Origin: the human T2T-CHM13v2.0 reference genome, Homo sapiens
DNA: 64,000 bases
Reading direction: 5' to 3' (one strand)
NCBI RefSeq assembly: GCF_009914755.1
Contig: NC_060926.1
Of the stretch, positions 1 through 13,360 are shown one piece after another (position 1 is the first letter of the stretch; each line of letters begins with the position of its first letter). A program made the translations under genes and the position numbers. Below the pieces are notes generated by a model. The model was not told where the DNA came from. It saw only the letters and a list, made by a program, of their open reading frames with translations, and made no database searches.

Positions 1-729
1 GGGAAAATAGCTAAATCTGTTATAATAACACATTCAAGAAAAACAATGTATCAGGTAAACAGGAATAGAAGGCAGTAGAAGTGTAGAATGGGAACCAGAA
101 ATTTGAAAGTTGGCAATGTGCCAGTCAATAATGTATAGGAACCAGAGTAACTGCAGCACTGGAGAAGTAAGACAAGGCTGCTTCATCAAGCCTCACTTAT
201 TACCATCAGTCTCAACTCTGATTCTGATCATACAAAGCAGTCTTTTGATTATGAATTTGCTTCTCAGGTTTCTTGATAAGGGGGAGGGAGCTTTCCCTAC
301 TTAGTGAATACTTCCATTATTTTATCTAGAAAGGGTATCTCTCATTAAAAATTAATAAACTGTATTTCTGATTTAGACATGACCTTTATTAGACTAACTT
401 CATCCATGAGAGGCTACCTCACGTTCAGCTTATGACAACATCCATTTCATGAGATTCCGAGGCTGAGTCCAGACCCCGAACTGAGGTGATCCAATATAGA
501 GGCCCTGTCAGCATTGTGACCAGCCAGACTTCATTGGTCATACCCTTATATAGCATATATGAATGGATTCATTAATTTCCTTGATGAAAAGTACATTTAC
601 ATATATGTATTATTGTTATACAATCCTTTACACCTCACCAAGGCCTGCAATCTTTCACTCCTTTTTAAGTATTTTCAAGTTATCTCAAGTTAAAATAACA
701 GACATACATTCAGAAGCTTTAACATCTTA

Positions 730-1100
730 AACAGGGAACAACTCCAGCCTCACAGAGGATGGCAAGGAGTGAACCTGCTACTACTCCATAGATGCCAGAA
801 GTAGGCAACAAGACTTACTACAGCAGAGCAAGACAGTTTATTACTCACACTCAGCAAACAGAAAATGTGTCATCATTGTACTGCCTTGTACATGTTCCCC
901 TTGCCTCCCAAGGCCCATGGGCATTATGATGAGCCAAATGGATGATTTGCGCACAGTGGGTTGGGTTGCAGCTGAGGAATACAGGATCAAGGGCAAGCAG
1001 CAAACAAGCTAGTAGTCACACTGTGGTCACTTTGACCAACTTAGCTTCCCTACATGACCAGCTACATAATTTGTTCAGTATCATGAGACAGGTAAAAGGG
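730..1100. mobile_element. possible ancient ERVL-class LTR fragment (MER54/MER74-like)
   Basis: GC-richer block with 'agacagtttattactcac', reminiscent of old ERVL LTRs; ends not resolved. Confidence 0.3.
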
Positions 1101-1807
1101 AAGTAAGTATATAGGTAATAAGCTGTTATGTTTTTGTTTTTGAGTTTACAACCCCTAAGGACTGCCTTCCAGTTTGGTTCACTTAGCATATGTCCAGTTC
1201 CAAAATAAAAATTTTATCCTATAAAGAATATTTTTATCTATGGTTCTTCCATGGCGACAACTCACAAGGAATTTTAGAAGTTGCTTACTCCATTATCTAA
1301 TCAAATAATTACAGAAAGTATTAAATATATGTACAAACGCTTTTCAGAAAAAAAATAAGGCAAATAAATGAAGGTTGAATAATTCTGGAAACTTAAAGTA
1401 AAAACAGATACAAAATATTAAAATAAGAATAACAGTTATGAATCCTCTAGAATTATTTTTAAGAGAGTTACTAGTTTATGGAAGTTTTTTAGGGACAAAA
1501 ATCTTCCAAGAAACTATGGAAATATTCAATGTATATTGACTAATAAAAAGTGACCCAAAAGATTCATTCACGAACCTTTTACTTATCCCAGTAGAATGGT
1601 TAGTAGTGAACCAGACAGTAGTGAAGGTCTAGAGAGAAGGATCAGCATGTGATCAGCAGGAGAGAGTCTAGTAGAAACGTTCGGTTTGAGAGGAATTATT
1701 TAAGTGTCTATATTTGGAATTCAGAGAAAATATGTGGAAATTTTTACATATTCATCCTAGATAATTAAGTTATATCCTCAATTTGTTCACTGATATAAAT
1801 GTATTAT

Positions 1808-2086
1808 CAAACTAACGCAAGAACAGAAAACCAAACACCGCATGTTCTCACTCCTAAGCGGGAGTTAAACAATGAGAACACATGGACACAGAGAGGGGAA
1901 CATCACACACTGGGGCCTGTCGGCGGGTGCGGGGCTAGGGGAGGGATAGCATTAGGAGAAATACCTAATGTAGATGACGGGTTGATGGGTGCAGCAAACC
2001 ACCATGGTACATGTATACCTATGTAACAAACATGCACATTCTGCACATGTACCCCAGAACTTAAAGTATAATAATAATAATAATAA
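1808..2086 (+). mobile_element. 5'-truncated L1 3' end (L1PA7/8-like) with (TAA)n tail
   Basis: Canonical L1 3'UTR 'aaaccaaacaccgcatgttctcactc...gggagggatagcattaggagaaatacctaatgtagatgacgggttgatgggtgcagcaaaccaccatgg...cagaacttaaagtataataat'. Confidence 0.93.
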
Positions 2087-2291
2087 GATAGATAATCTCA
2101 TGTAGTTTGTGTGGTTTTTTTTTTAACACATCAGAAGGTTAAGCCAACAATTTCCATGGGTGGTTTTTAACATTCAGTACTAATTTAATCACACTTGGGG
2201 GGAAAAAGCTATTTTTCTTTCTCAATCTCAGCTTCTAAAGCTTTTCAATAAATCAAGAAAATAAAAATATAAGAAAACAAAAATCTTGCGT

Positions 2292-2457
2292 GAGGCAGTT
2301 GATACAATACAAAGGTAACTGACCTACGTTCTAGTGTTTTACTCTACCAATGCTAAGGTTAGAGCACTTAAGCAATTATCCTTCCTGGACCTTAAGAACT
2401 TATCTATATAAGAAGGAGACGTGGGATAGATGATTTGTATAGTTATTTTCTGCTCCT
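2292..2457 (+). mobile_element. MIR/MIR3 SINE remnant
   Basis: Degenerate MIR core ending in 'gatagatgatttgtatagttattttctgctcc'. Confidence 0.5.
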
Positions 2458-2599
2458 TAATCAGCTTTTCATTAAACAAATAAAAATATTTGAAGGATCA
2501 GGACTAAGAATTTGACCAGGAATAAATTAAAAGGGAATTAGAAAAAAATCTACATATTCTGATTGTTTCACCACAGGGAGCAAGACGTTTCTTCATTCA

Positions 2600-3500
2600 A
2601 GGCTGAGCCAGAAAACAACAAATACAAAACTTAGAATTAACAAAAAAGAAGGGGAAAAGTGTCCCAGTATGTAAAAGAACATTATCTCTATACAAGTAGG
2701 GCCTGCCATACTGAGATAAGTTATACATGAGATAAAATTAAATAATAAACAAAGATTAAAACAAGAAGAGAAAAAATATTATAGGAAGCAATTGCCCCAA
2801 AATAAAACTGCGGTAGCTAAATCTCAGAAGCACCAGAAAAGCCAACCTGAAACTGCAAAAAAATTAAATTATCAGTGTGTAGAACAAACATAAAAAAATT
2901 ACCTTTAGTATGCTGAAGAAAAAGATAAAGTAATGTAAATCACGAAAGAAAGAAAACTACGGAAAAAGAATAAACATATGAACTATAAATAATAAGAATA
3001 AGAGGAAATCCAAAGTTAAGTAATCAAGGTGCAGAAAAAAGCATCTCTCTCATCCAAGAAAATGTTTAACCTAGACATGGAGGAGGCTCACTATGACTTA
3101 GGAAAAAAATAGATACTTATCAAAACATATTCTAATGAAATGCTTGATTCTTTAGTGTAAGGCTAGACTCATATCAGAGGAACAACAACTAAATTGGTCT
3201 CAGAATGCTAGAAGAAAATAAACATTTGTAGTACCTTGAAAGAAAACAGTTATGACTCAAGGATTTTTATACCCAAGCAAGCTGTTGTTATTACGTGAAT
3301 GCCATTTTAAGATTATCGATGTTATCAGAGAATATACCATTTCGTACTTTTTCACACACGGAAAAATAAAAATTTGCTCCATGTTACCACGAGATAAATC
3401 AAAACTAAAAACTGAATAATGAGAAAGAAATTGGAGATTTGACTGGCAGTGAGTATTGATATTAGTTAAAAATCTAGAGATAAGCCCAAAGCAATGTTGT
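2600..3500 (+). mobile_element. HAL1 / ancient L1M ORF1-like remnant
   Basis: A-rich, with ORF1-type motifs 'ggtctcagaatgctagaagaaaata' and 'ggatttttatacccaagcaagctgtt'. Confidence 0.55.
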
Positions 3501-3949
3501 TCTGTTACGAAAACATCAAATTCATGGAATGTTAAAAAATATTCTAGGACAAATTGACTCCATAGTCAAACAATTTTGAGAAAGTTTGCATAATGCAACT
3601 TCCTGAAGACAAGCCACAATATTTATGATTATATTAATCTCTCTTTAAAATCTCTCTTAAAATAAAGATGTCAGTATAATTGTGCTTACCTCAGGCAAGC
3701 CTCATTGCCAGGTTTCCCTTACCATTAAAGATTTTCTTTTTTCAAAACACTTATTAATGTATTATAAAATAGAGTGTTTGGGGGCAGTCACAGATGGGGA
3801 AATGCTAGCCTAAATAATTGTGATAAATGGACCTAAAAAGAAAACATAAGAGACAAAAATTATAAAGCAATACTTGTTAAAAAGAAAAAGAGGGGATCAA
3901 CATGACAAAGATGAAGATGACAAAGATGGGATGGATAATGTATTGGGAA

Positions 3950-4453
3950 CTAATAAAGTAGACAAAGCAACATATACAATTTTCATCTTCCATTTGAAGA
4001 AATCAAGTTTTTTTTTGAATTGCAAGAAAATAAATATGTTTAAAAATGGTTTTGGAAATCAAACACTGAAAAATTTAAATGCATTTGCCTAACTGCAGAT
4101 CAAGGAGAAAATACATTATAAATTTAGTTATTTTTTATTTACACTTTTAATTTAAAAAAATAACAATTTAGAAGAATAATAAAATTAGGATTATTTATAT
4201 ATCTAAGTTTTTGGAGTAAAACTAAAGCTGCATCAAAAGTAAATTCACATCTTATATACAACTTTTATTAAACAAAGAGAATCAAAAATTAAATGAATTA
4301 AACTTTATTTCAAGAATTTAGAAACAATACTTCAAGAAGTTCTAAGGAAATGAACAGAAAGGAAATACTAAATATCAAATCAAAAATAAATGAAATCTAA
4401 AACAGAAAAACTGAGGAAATCGCAGAAACAAAAGCCTTGAGCTGATTTCTTGT
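3950..4453 (+). mobile_element. ancient L1ME ORF2 fragment
   Basis: Post-endonuclease linker motif 'aaaattaaatgaattaaactttatttcaagaatttagaaac...aggaaatactaaatatcaaatcaaaaataaatgaaat'. Confidence 0.6.
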
Positions 4454-4776
4454 ATTGCGGTCAGCTGAGGCTATGCTTAAGCAGCTTAAGAAATCTCTCC
4501 TCTTATTCTGCCTTTGGAGCACCCTTGCTTTGATTTGGTAGCCCCATTGTCCACCTTATAGCTTCAAACATGTTTTCTGTCCATATGCCGAGGTCTTTCA
4601 GCTTCGCTATAAAAGAATTCCATTGACCCCTTGGTATGGACGTGTTTCAGTTTCAGTTTCCCCCCCGTAACCTATTTTTTTCATATAATGCTATATTCTA
4701 CCCTTTGTAGCTAAGGTCCAGAATCTTAGGTTTGAGTATGGGAGGGAAGATGGAGTATTACAAATGACAAAGGGCA

Positions 4777-4932
4777 TATAAAATGTATATATATATTTAT
4801 ATTTATATACACAGAATGTATATCTTTTATAATGTAATATTTATGATGTAAACATATAATCATATATTATAAATCATAAATAATATAACATTATTAATAT
4901 TTATATTTACATATATATACACATATATATTC
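4777..4932. repeat. AT-rich / (TA)n low-complexity tract
   Basis: Nearly pure A/T with TATA periodicity. Confidence 0.85.
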
Positions 4933-5389
4933 ACATTCCACTAAAAAAAGTTCATTATATGAGACTATTGTATGTTTTCCCCAAGTCAGAATTTTCTGAA
5001 ATGGACATTTTCTGTAAAAATATAAGCCATTATTACATAGTAACAAAGAAGTAACAAGGTAAATCAGAAATTAAAAATAAAAACAAATGTAAAAGAATTG
5101 TCTATTTAAAAAGATCTTGGCTTGAATTCTTTGTGGATTTTTTTTATCTTCATGAAACAGATCCTTCTTTTAATATATATTTTTCTTAGCACATAGAGAA
5201 AATACAAAGAAAACAAAAATCTAGCATAGAGAAAATATAAAGAAAACATTAATTTTGAAAGCAGTCAATGATAAAAGGATATTGGAGAAAACCTCACATA
5301 AACATATATGCAAGAGTACTTTAAAACATTAGCAAATATAATTTCAAACTTTAATTTAAAATTAAATTCAACTTTAATTACAATTGTCT

Positions 5390-8002
5390 TACATAATAAT
5401 ATCATTAAAATTTATTATAAAGCAAAATAAATCTATGTAAACCCATTACTAAATTTTAACAAATGTCAACTCATGACCAATCTTGTTTCCTCTATAATTC
5501 TACTCTCTTCTCCCTTCTACTACCATTGCTAGATTACATTAAAACCAGTCTCAGACATTGTTACATTTTATCTTTAAATATTTCATAAGACTCTTAATTG
5601 ATAGGATTTTTTTTCCTTTTTTGTTTTTCTTGCTATTTATTTGTTAAAGAGACTATAGAGCTTTTCACACTCTGGACTCTGCTGGTTGCATCTCTGTAGT
5701 ATTATTTACATGTTGCTCTATTCCATGTATTTCTTATAAACTGGTGGTAAGGTAGACAGTCTTAGCATTGGGGTGCCCAGTTTCAATAATTCACTAGAAC
5801 TCACAGGACTCAACATATAGCCATACTCATGGCCATCATTTATTACAGAGAAATAATACAAAGAAAAATCAGCAAAGGGAAAAGGTATGTGGGACAAAAT
5901 CCAGAGGAAATCAGGTGCAAACTTGCAAGAGCCCTCTCCTAGTGGGATAACATAGTACTCACTTAGCAGTAAATGACAGCACATGTAAAATGTTGTATAC
6001 CATTGAGGATTGTCATGGAGGCACCCTCTGCCTGGTATATACAATTCAAGACTTCCATAAAGAAAGCAGGGTTCACCATAAACCACATTGCTTGTTTAAA
6101 CAGTTTAAGTACAGTAAGTATTCTTAGTAGGTAATGATGGTAACTCCCTTGAAATTCAGCTTCCAGACACCAGTCAAGGATCAACCCATCTTGCAAGCAG
6201 GGCTTTCTCTAAGGATAAGATGTCTCAGGACTGCTAACTTTTTTCCACACAGTCTTAATTTTATTTATCTATTTATGTATTTATTTATTTATTTTGAAAG
6301 AGTACTTTGTAGGTAAAATATTCCTCTGGGAGGCTCACAATTCCTGCTTATATCTATTTTTGTGATGATAGTATCCATTTATAATTAATGCCTATATCCA
6401 TTTATTTCATTTAGGGTTGAAAATTTATGATATTATATTATTTTTTCACTTATTAGTTGGAATACTTACATAAAAAGAAGGCAATTTAATAAAATAAAAA
6501 ATACAGGAAAGTCTGCTTTACATAGGAAAGGTAAAAACAAAAATGCTTCAACTCATTCCTTAGCAATCTCAAAGGTAATTGGTAAGATTTTTAAAAATTA
6601 TTATTATGTATTCATGTATTTAAACATATTTCATGTATCCAACTCATTACAGTTAACCTAATTACTGTACCTAATTACATTGAATTGTCTTTGGCCAATA
6701 AGAGCTTCTTCAGGTTGGCTCTGGGGACCTGTTGACCACTGTAGTTTTTTACAGCATCCTTGCTTTATGGCTTGACACAGTATTCCAGTTTATCATGCAT
6801 ATTTTCTGCCTCAGACCTTGGTTTGTTTTACTGGGAAATGGTACTTAGAGGCCACAATATGGCAATTGTGGGTGTTCATTACTATCAAGTTTGGCATTGT
6901 TTCTAGGCTTTTCAGTAGATAAATCTATGAAACATGTTTTTTGTTTGTTTGTTTGTTTGTTTCATCAGAAAATATATTATGACATAATATTGATATTTCT
7001 AACTCCAATGTATAATTTCAGACTCAACTTCCTTAATTTTTAAAAATCTACACCTCTCTTACCAAAAGTTTTAATTCCTAATAACATTAATGTGTTTATT
7101 TGCTTTATCTTACTATACACATGCAACAGTTACACGATAATACCACTAACAGTAGATTACCAGAAACAGTTTATTTTTTTCTGCATTATTTTGGTCTTTA
7201 GCATATAACCCATTAAGAAAGTTTAGCCAGTTTACTATATTTTAAAATCTCTTGGAGTGATTAGTTTCTGGGAGATTACGCCATGAATTCAATACAGAAT
7301 AGATTCATTTGTCTCATTTTAATTTTGTTTTTAACTGTTTGTATTCTTTGTCTTAATTTTTAATATTTATGTAAAACGCATCCATGATTAAAAAGTCAAA
7401 TCTATAAAGAAACGAAACATATAAATTTGTTTATCTTAAATATTTATGTTCTTTATTTCTTCTTTTGGCCCTATAGATAATCATTCATTGTTGTCTACAA
7501 CATGCTTTTCCTTTTCACTTAAAAACCTATACTAAGAATTATTCCATATGTATGTATAAAAATATTCCTCGTTTCTTTTTACAGCTACATATTTCCATTG
7601 TGTACAATAGTTCAATCAATCTTCCATTGATGAGCATTTGGGTTCTTTCTAGTCTTTGCTGTTATAAATGGTTCTCTAGTGAGTAGTCTTGTGAACATGC
7701 CTTTTCATATTTTTCCTGAATATCTTTGGAATAGATTCCTAGTAATTAGTTTTCTGGGTCAAAGTGTAAATGCTTATGAGTTTTGTTAGACATTGCCAAA
7801 TTTTCTTCCATAGGGATTGTACCATTTTGTATTATCACCAGCAATATATAAGAGTGCCTATTTCCTCACAGCCTTGCCAACAGTTGTCAAACTTTTGGAT
7901 TTTTGCCAACCTGATAGGGGAGAAGTAATAACTCAGTGTAATTTTAATTGGCGTTTCTCTTACGGATAAATTTGAACATATTTTCCTATTTTTAAGGGCC
8001 AA
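5390..8002 (-). mobile_element. L1MC4/5-like 3' end plus ORF2 C-terminus, interrupted by a MER21 LTR
   Basis: 'aactcatgaccaatcttgtttcctctata' and later L1MC 3'UTR motifs; ORF 7835-8050(-) 'IKITLSYYFSPIRLAKIQKFDNCWQGCEEIGTLIYCW' matches the L1 ORF2p C-terminal region. Confidence 0.8.
5763..6251 (-). mobile_element. MER21B-like solo LTR
   Basis: Reverse strand begins 'tgtgtggaaaaaagttagcagtcctgagacatcttatccttagagaaagccctgcttgcaag'; flanked by duplicated 'gtct' at 5759-5762 and 6252-6255. Confidence 0.85.
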
Positions 8003-8629
8003 GCAAATGCAAGTACAAAATATATAAAAAGTATGATCTCTTATTAACAAGTAAATTTATTCCAACTAAACAAGAGTGTTGACTAATAAGAAACAGATTA
8101 TAATACATAAGTGTATCAAATTTAAATATGTTTACTCAAAATAGTCTAAAAAGCATTTGCCAACATGTCATTCAATACCCATGCCTTTGGATTTTTTCAC
8201 TTTAAAATCTGAATTTCTATATAACGAATTCTTTTTATATATTTACCTCTCTTGCCGCCTTACCTCTCAATAAGATGAAAGGAAAAGAGCTACAAAATAA
8301 TAATTATCTAGCAGCGCTGTCAAACTATGAAGTGGGCCATCAAAGCAGCAGTAAATTTTAGGATTTTGTGGAAGATATGATGAAACTATGATTAAAATTG
8401 CAAAGAAGCACATCATTTTCAAGAGCTAAAATTTAACGATAAAGAAAGGACAACTTCCTGAGAGGTTTTCACTTCTTGAAAGATATATATATATATCCCC
8501 AAAAGTCTCAGAGGAACCTCTGCGTTCAAAGCAGCTGAGGCCAATATCTAGTGGAGAAAAAAAAATTAGTTGAAAATTGTTCTTCTTTAAGAAAGAGCCC
8601 ATTTTAGTTCTATGAGGGCTTATATGAGG

Positions 8630-8925
8630 GAGAAACACTTAAACACCTGAAACTGTAAGATGAGAAGGAGGTAGAGAAGCCAGATGCCAAAAACAAACTG
8701 TAAGGTGGAAGGTGAGGAGGTAGACATGTTCCAGAAAATGAGAGTGACATGTGCAAAGGCTCTGAGGAAAAAGTTAGCTTAGTGTTTGTTGCAGATTAAA
8801 GAATGCTGGGAAAGATAACAGAAACAAGTTAATATTTTATTCTAAGCAAAATGGAAAGCCATATAAGGTTTTTATATTTATTTAAAGCTATTGTTTCTGC
8901 TGTGAAGAAAATGGATCGAAAGAAA
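8630..8925 (-). mobile_element. L2 fragment
   Basis: 'gttccagaaaatgagagtgacatgtgcaaaggctctgagg' and 'ttttattctaagcaaaatggaaagccat' are antisense L2 motifs. Confidence 0.65.
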
Positions 8926-9069
8926 AACTGATAAAGCTTTAATCATAAAGAAATATTTTATAATATCTTTCTTTCCAAAATTGTCAGATCAAGTGTGAAC
9001 TTGACAATTAAACAAGATTTAATTGATCACAAAAGTCCAACAGATTAAAATATTGGTAATTCTAAAACA

Positions 9070-9950
9070 AACTAACATAAAATACTCACACTTTTAAAGT
9101 ATATATGGGATTTTTTTATAAATTGTCTACGTAGTAAGATGTATAGCAAAATCCCACTAAATTCAAAAAGGCAGACAGGCCATATTCTCTTATTACAGTG
9201 CAAAGAACAAAAAACTAAATATAAAATTATAAATCTAGTCTCATAAAAATAGGAAAAAAATTCTTCTAAAAAATTAGCTGAAAGTATAGACTCTTTAGAA
9301 TTCAGTGAAAATTTGAACATATAAACTGTGAGATAAAGGCAAAGCCACTTCAGAGAAAAATTCATAGGAATATGTACTTCAATTATTAAATAGAAAACAT
9401 TTAAAGATTAAGGAAACAGCCAACTGTAAAACTAGAAAACATACATCAAAGGAAATCAAAAAGTAGGCAGTAAAAAGAATTAATGAAGATAAAAGCAGAA
9501 AATAATAAACTGCAAAAACATACTCAAGATAAAACAGCCAACCCTTACTTGATGAATAATGCCATCAAACAATATAAAAGCTATTTATATATACACACAG
9601 AAACTTAAAAATTACATAATAATAATGAAAGAATTGATCATCTCATAGGTTTGAGAGATCAGGTAGGCTATACAAATTGATAAAGATAATTTAAACAATA
9701 TAAGTTTTAAGATATGTTAAACTTTATACAGCATATCATAAATTATAGAGATTACATGTTATTTATTATGTTTCATGAATTAGCTATAAAATTATTTCAT
9801 CATATTTTAGACCATAGACAACCCTTAACATTTTTAAAGTAAAATTTGTGAAAACGATGTTCTATAATCACAATGAAAAAAAATATACTGTTACCAAGAA
9901 ATTGATAACAAAGATACATTTAATACCAAGGTATTCATATCAGTGACTGA
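9070..9950 (+). mobile_element. ancient L1ME ORF2 fragments
   Basis: Degenerate endonuclease/linker motifs such as 'cagagaaaaattcatagg' and 'aaagaattaatgaagataaaagcagaaaataataaa'. Confidence 0.5.
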
Positions 9951-10077
9951 GATGAAACACACCCCAAATCAACCATGCTCCAAACACATAAAAATGCTAA
10001 ACAAAATCAGACTGACAGTAAATTTCTTAGAAGCAACAGTAAGTGCCAAAAAACAAGGATATACTCTATAGACTTTT

Positions 10078-10186
10078 TATATTAGTTTTCTATTGCTGCC
10101 TTAACAAATTACCACAAACTTTGTGGTTTCAAATAACACAAATGTATTATCTTGAAATTTTTGGCTCTGACCCCCTTCCTCCATCT
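10078..10186 (-). mobile_element. MLT1D-like MaLR LTR, part 1 (split by the L1 insertion)
   Basis: 'tattagttttctattgctgccttaacaaattaccacaaac...ccccttcctccatct'; continues at 17947. Confidence 0.8.
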
Positions 10187-10188
10187 CT

Positions 10189-10455
10189 ATTTTTTAAATT
10201 TCAATTTTATTTTAGATTTGGGGTGGGGTACACGTGCATGTTTGTTACAAGGGGATATTATATGATGCTAGGTTTGGTCTTCTACTGATCCCGTCACCCA
10301 GACTGCAAACATAGCACCCAGTAGGAAGTTTTTCAGGCCTTGTACTCCTCCCTCCTTCCTTTCGGAGTCCCTACCACCTGTCCCCAACCATGTACCCAAG
10401 ATTCTAAGATTTGGCTCCTACTTATAAGTGAGAACATGCCATATTTGGTTTTCTC
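10189..10455 (-). mobile_element. short L1 3' end (L1PA16-like)
   Basis: T-rich tail followed by 'gatcccgtcacccagactgcaaacatagcacccagtagg...cttataagtgagaacatgccatatttggttttct'. Confidence 0.85.
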
Positions 10456-11774
10456 TCTCTCTTTTTTTTTTTTACTTTTATTTTTGGTTCAGTTGGGTAC
10501 ATGTGCAGATTTGTTACATGGGTAAGTTGCATGTCACTGGGGTTTGATATGCAAATGATTTCTTCACCCAGGGAGTGAGCATAGTATCTGATAGGTATTT
10601 TTTGACCCTCACCCTCCTCTCACCTTCCACCTTCAGGTAGACTCCAGTGTCTGTTGTTCCCGTTTGTGTCCACATGCAATCAACGTTTAGCTCCCACTTA
10701 TAAGTGAGAGCATGTGGTATTTGGTTTTCTGTTTCTGTGATAAGTCACTTAGGATAATGGCCTCCAGCTGCATTCATATTGCTGCAAAGGACATTATTTC
10801 ATTCTTTCGTGGCTGTGTAGTATTCCATGGTGTATATGTACCACATTTCTTTATTCAGTCCACTGTTCAGCATCTAGGCTGATTCTATATCTTCACTATT
10901 GTGAATAGTGTTGTGATGAACATACAAGTGCATGTGCCTTTTGGTAGAATGATTTACATTCCTTTGAGCATATATCCAGTAATGGAATTGCTGGGTCAAG
11001 TGGTAGTTCTGTTTTAAGTTCTTTGAGAAATCTCAAAACTACTTTCCACAGCGGCAGAACTAATTTACATTCCCACCAGCAGAGTATAAGTATTCCCTTT
11101 GCTCTGTAACCTCGCAATCATCTGAATGTCTGTTATTTCCTGACTTTTTAAATAATAGCCATTCTGCAGGTCAAGCATTTTTTCGTATGCTTGTTAGCCA
11201 CTTGTATGTCTTCTTTTGAGAAGTATCTCTTCATGCCAGTTACTCACTTTTTAATAGGGTTGTTTGTTTTTTGCTTATAAATTTAAGTTCCTTATAGATT
11301 TCTTATTGTTTCTGGATATTAGATCTTTGTCGCATTCATAATTTGCAAATATATTCTTCCCTACTGTAGGTTGTCTATTTACTTTGTTGAAAATTTCCTT
11401 TGCTGTGCAGAAGCTCTTTAGTTTAATTAGGTCCCACTTGTCTACTTTTGTTTTCATTGCAATTGCTTTTGGAGAATTTGTCATGAAATATTTGCCAAGA
11501 CCTATGTCCACAATGGTATGTGCTAGATTGTCTTCCAAAGTTTTTATAGTTTCAGGTCTTATATTTAAATTTTTAATTCCTCTTGAGTTGATTTTTGTAT
11601 ATGGTGAAAGAAAGGGAATCAGTTTCAATCTTCTGTACATGGCTAGCCAGTTTTCCCAGTACTGTTTATTGAATAGAGAGAGAGTCCTTTCCCTATTGTC
11701 AACTTTGTCAAAGATCAGATGGTTTTAGGAGTGTGGCTTTATCTCTTGGTTCTCTAACCTGCTCCATTGGTCTA

Positions 11775-11870
<96 letters not shown>

Positions 11871-12797
11871 TTAATTTAGGATTGCTTTGGCTATTTAGGA
11901 TTTTGTTTGTTTGTTTCCAAATGAATTATAGAATCATTTTCTTCTAATTCTGTGAAAAATAACATTGGCAGTTTGATAGGAATAGTATTAAATCTATAAA
12001 TTGCTTTGGGTAGTATGGCCATTTTAACAATATTGATTCTTGCTATCCATAAGCATGGAATATTGTTTCATTTATTTGTGTAGTCCCTGAGTTCCTTCAG
12101 CAGTGTTTTGTAGTTATCATTGTAGAGATCTTTCATATCCCTGGTTAGCTGTATTCCTGGGTATTTTTTTTCTTTTTGTGGCTTTTGTGAATGAGATTGT
12201 GTTTTAGATTTGGCTTGCAGGTTGGACATTGTTGGTATACAGAAATGCTACCGATTTTTGTACATTAATTCTGTGTCCTGAAATTTTACTGAAGTTGTTT
12301 ATGTCCTAGGAGACTTTGAACAGAGTCTATGACGTTTTCTACATATAGACTGATATCATCTGCAAAGAGAGATCGTTTGACTTCCACTCTTCCTATTTGA
12401 ATGCCTTTTATTTCTTTTTCTTGCCTGATGGCTCTGTTTAGGGCTTCCAGTACGATGTTGAATAGGAATGGTGACAATGGGCATTCTTGTCTTGTTCTGG
12501 TTTTCAGGTGGAATGATTCCAGCTTCTGCTCGTTCAGTATGTTGCTGGCTGTAGGTTTGTCAGAGATGGCTCTTATCATTTTGAGTCATGTCCCTTCAAT
12601 GACTAGTTTGTTGAGGGTATTTAACATGAAGGGTGTTGAATTTTATCTAAAGCCCTTTCTGCATCTATTGAGATGATCGTGTGACTTTTGTTTTTATTTC
12701 TGCTTATGTGATGAATCACATGTATTGATTTGCATATGCTGAACTAAGCTTAAGTCATAGAAATAAAGACTATTTGATCATAGTGAATTAGCTTTTT

Positions 12798-13360
12798 TTT
12801 CTACTTTAAGAGTATTGTTTAATAATGTATGTTACAAAAAAAGGACTTAATGGGTGAAAAAATAATTCATTAACATACTTGGTGCTGATTCCAAAGCATA
12901 AAGAAAAATACCACTCAGTATGAAGTTCGGGTGATTCTTAAAAAATTGAACATATCCAAAAATTTGTTAATAAATAACCAGGTTACAGATGGACATAGTC
13001 AGAAACAATTAGAAAAAAATTATTACAGTAATTCCTACAAATTCACAGTGTGGGACATAATGCTTTACTTTCGATTTGCCTCATAGCTACATTCTAGATC
13101 TCAGCCATGTCCACTTCTAAGCCTTGATAACAGAAGACCTAAAAAGCCAGTCACTTGCTTAATAAACATTTTATGAAATTTAAGTCATTGACATCATAAA
13201 ATTAAGGCAAGCAGAACAATCTTTATGAAATTTCAAACATGCTGCCAACTTACCATCCCGATCTAAATCATATTGATTGACATATTGGGTGCCACATCAC
13301 TAGAGACATGGATCATGTGATCCCTCAGGCCAAGTATCTTTTTTTTTTTATATATTGGCT
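12798..13360 (-). other. 3'-transduced unique sequence carried by the nested L1
   Basis: Non-L1 sequence between the nested L1 3' end and a poly(A) remnant, inside the TSD; minus-strand ATTAAA at 12818-12823. Confidence 0.8.

Noticed and set aside
370-490. Possible coding exon after 'tttctgatttag'
   Set aside because: Stops in all three plus-strand frames and a weak donor
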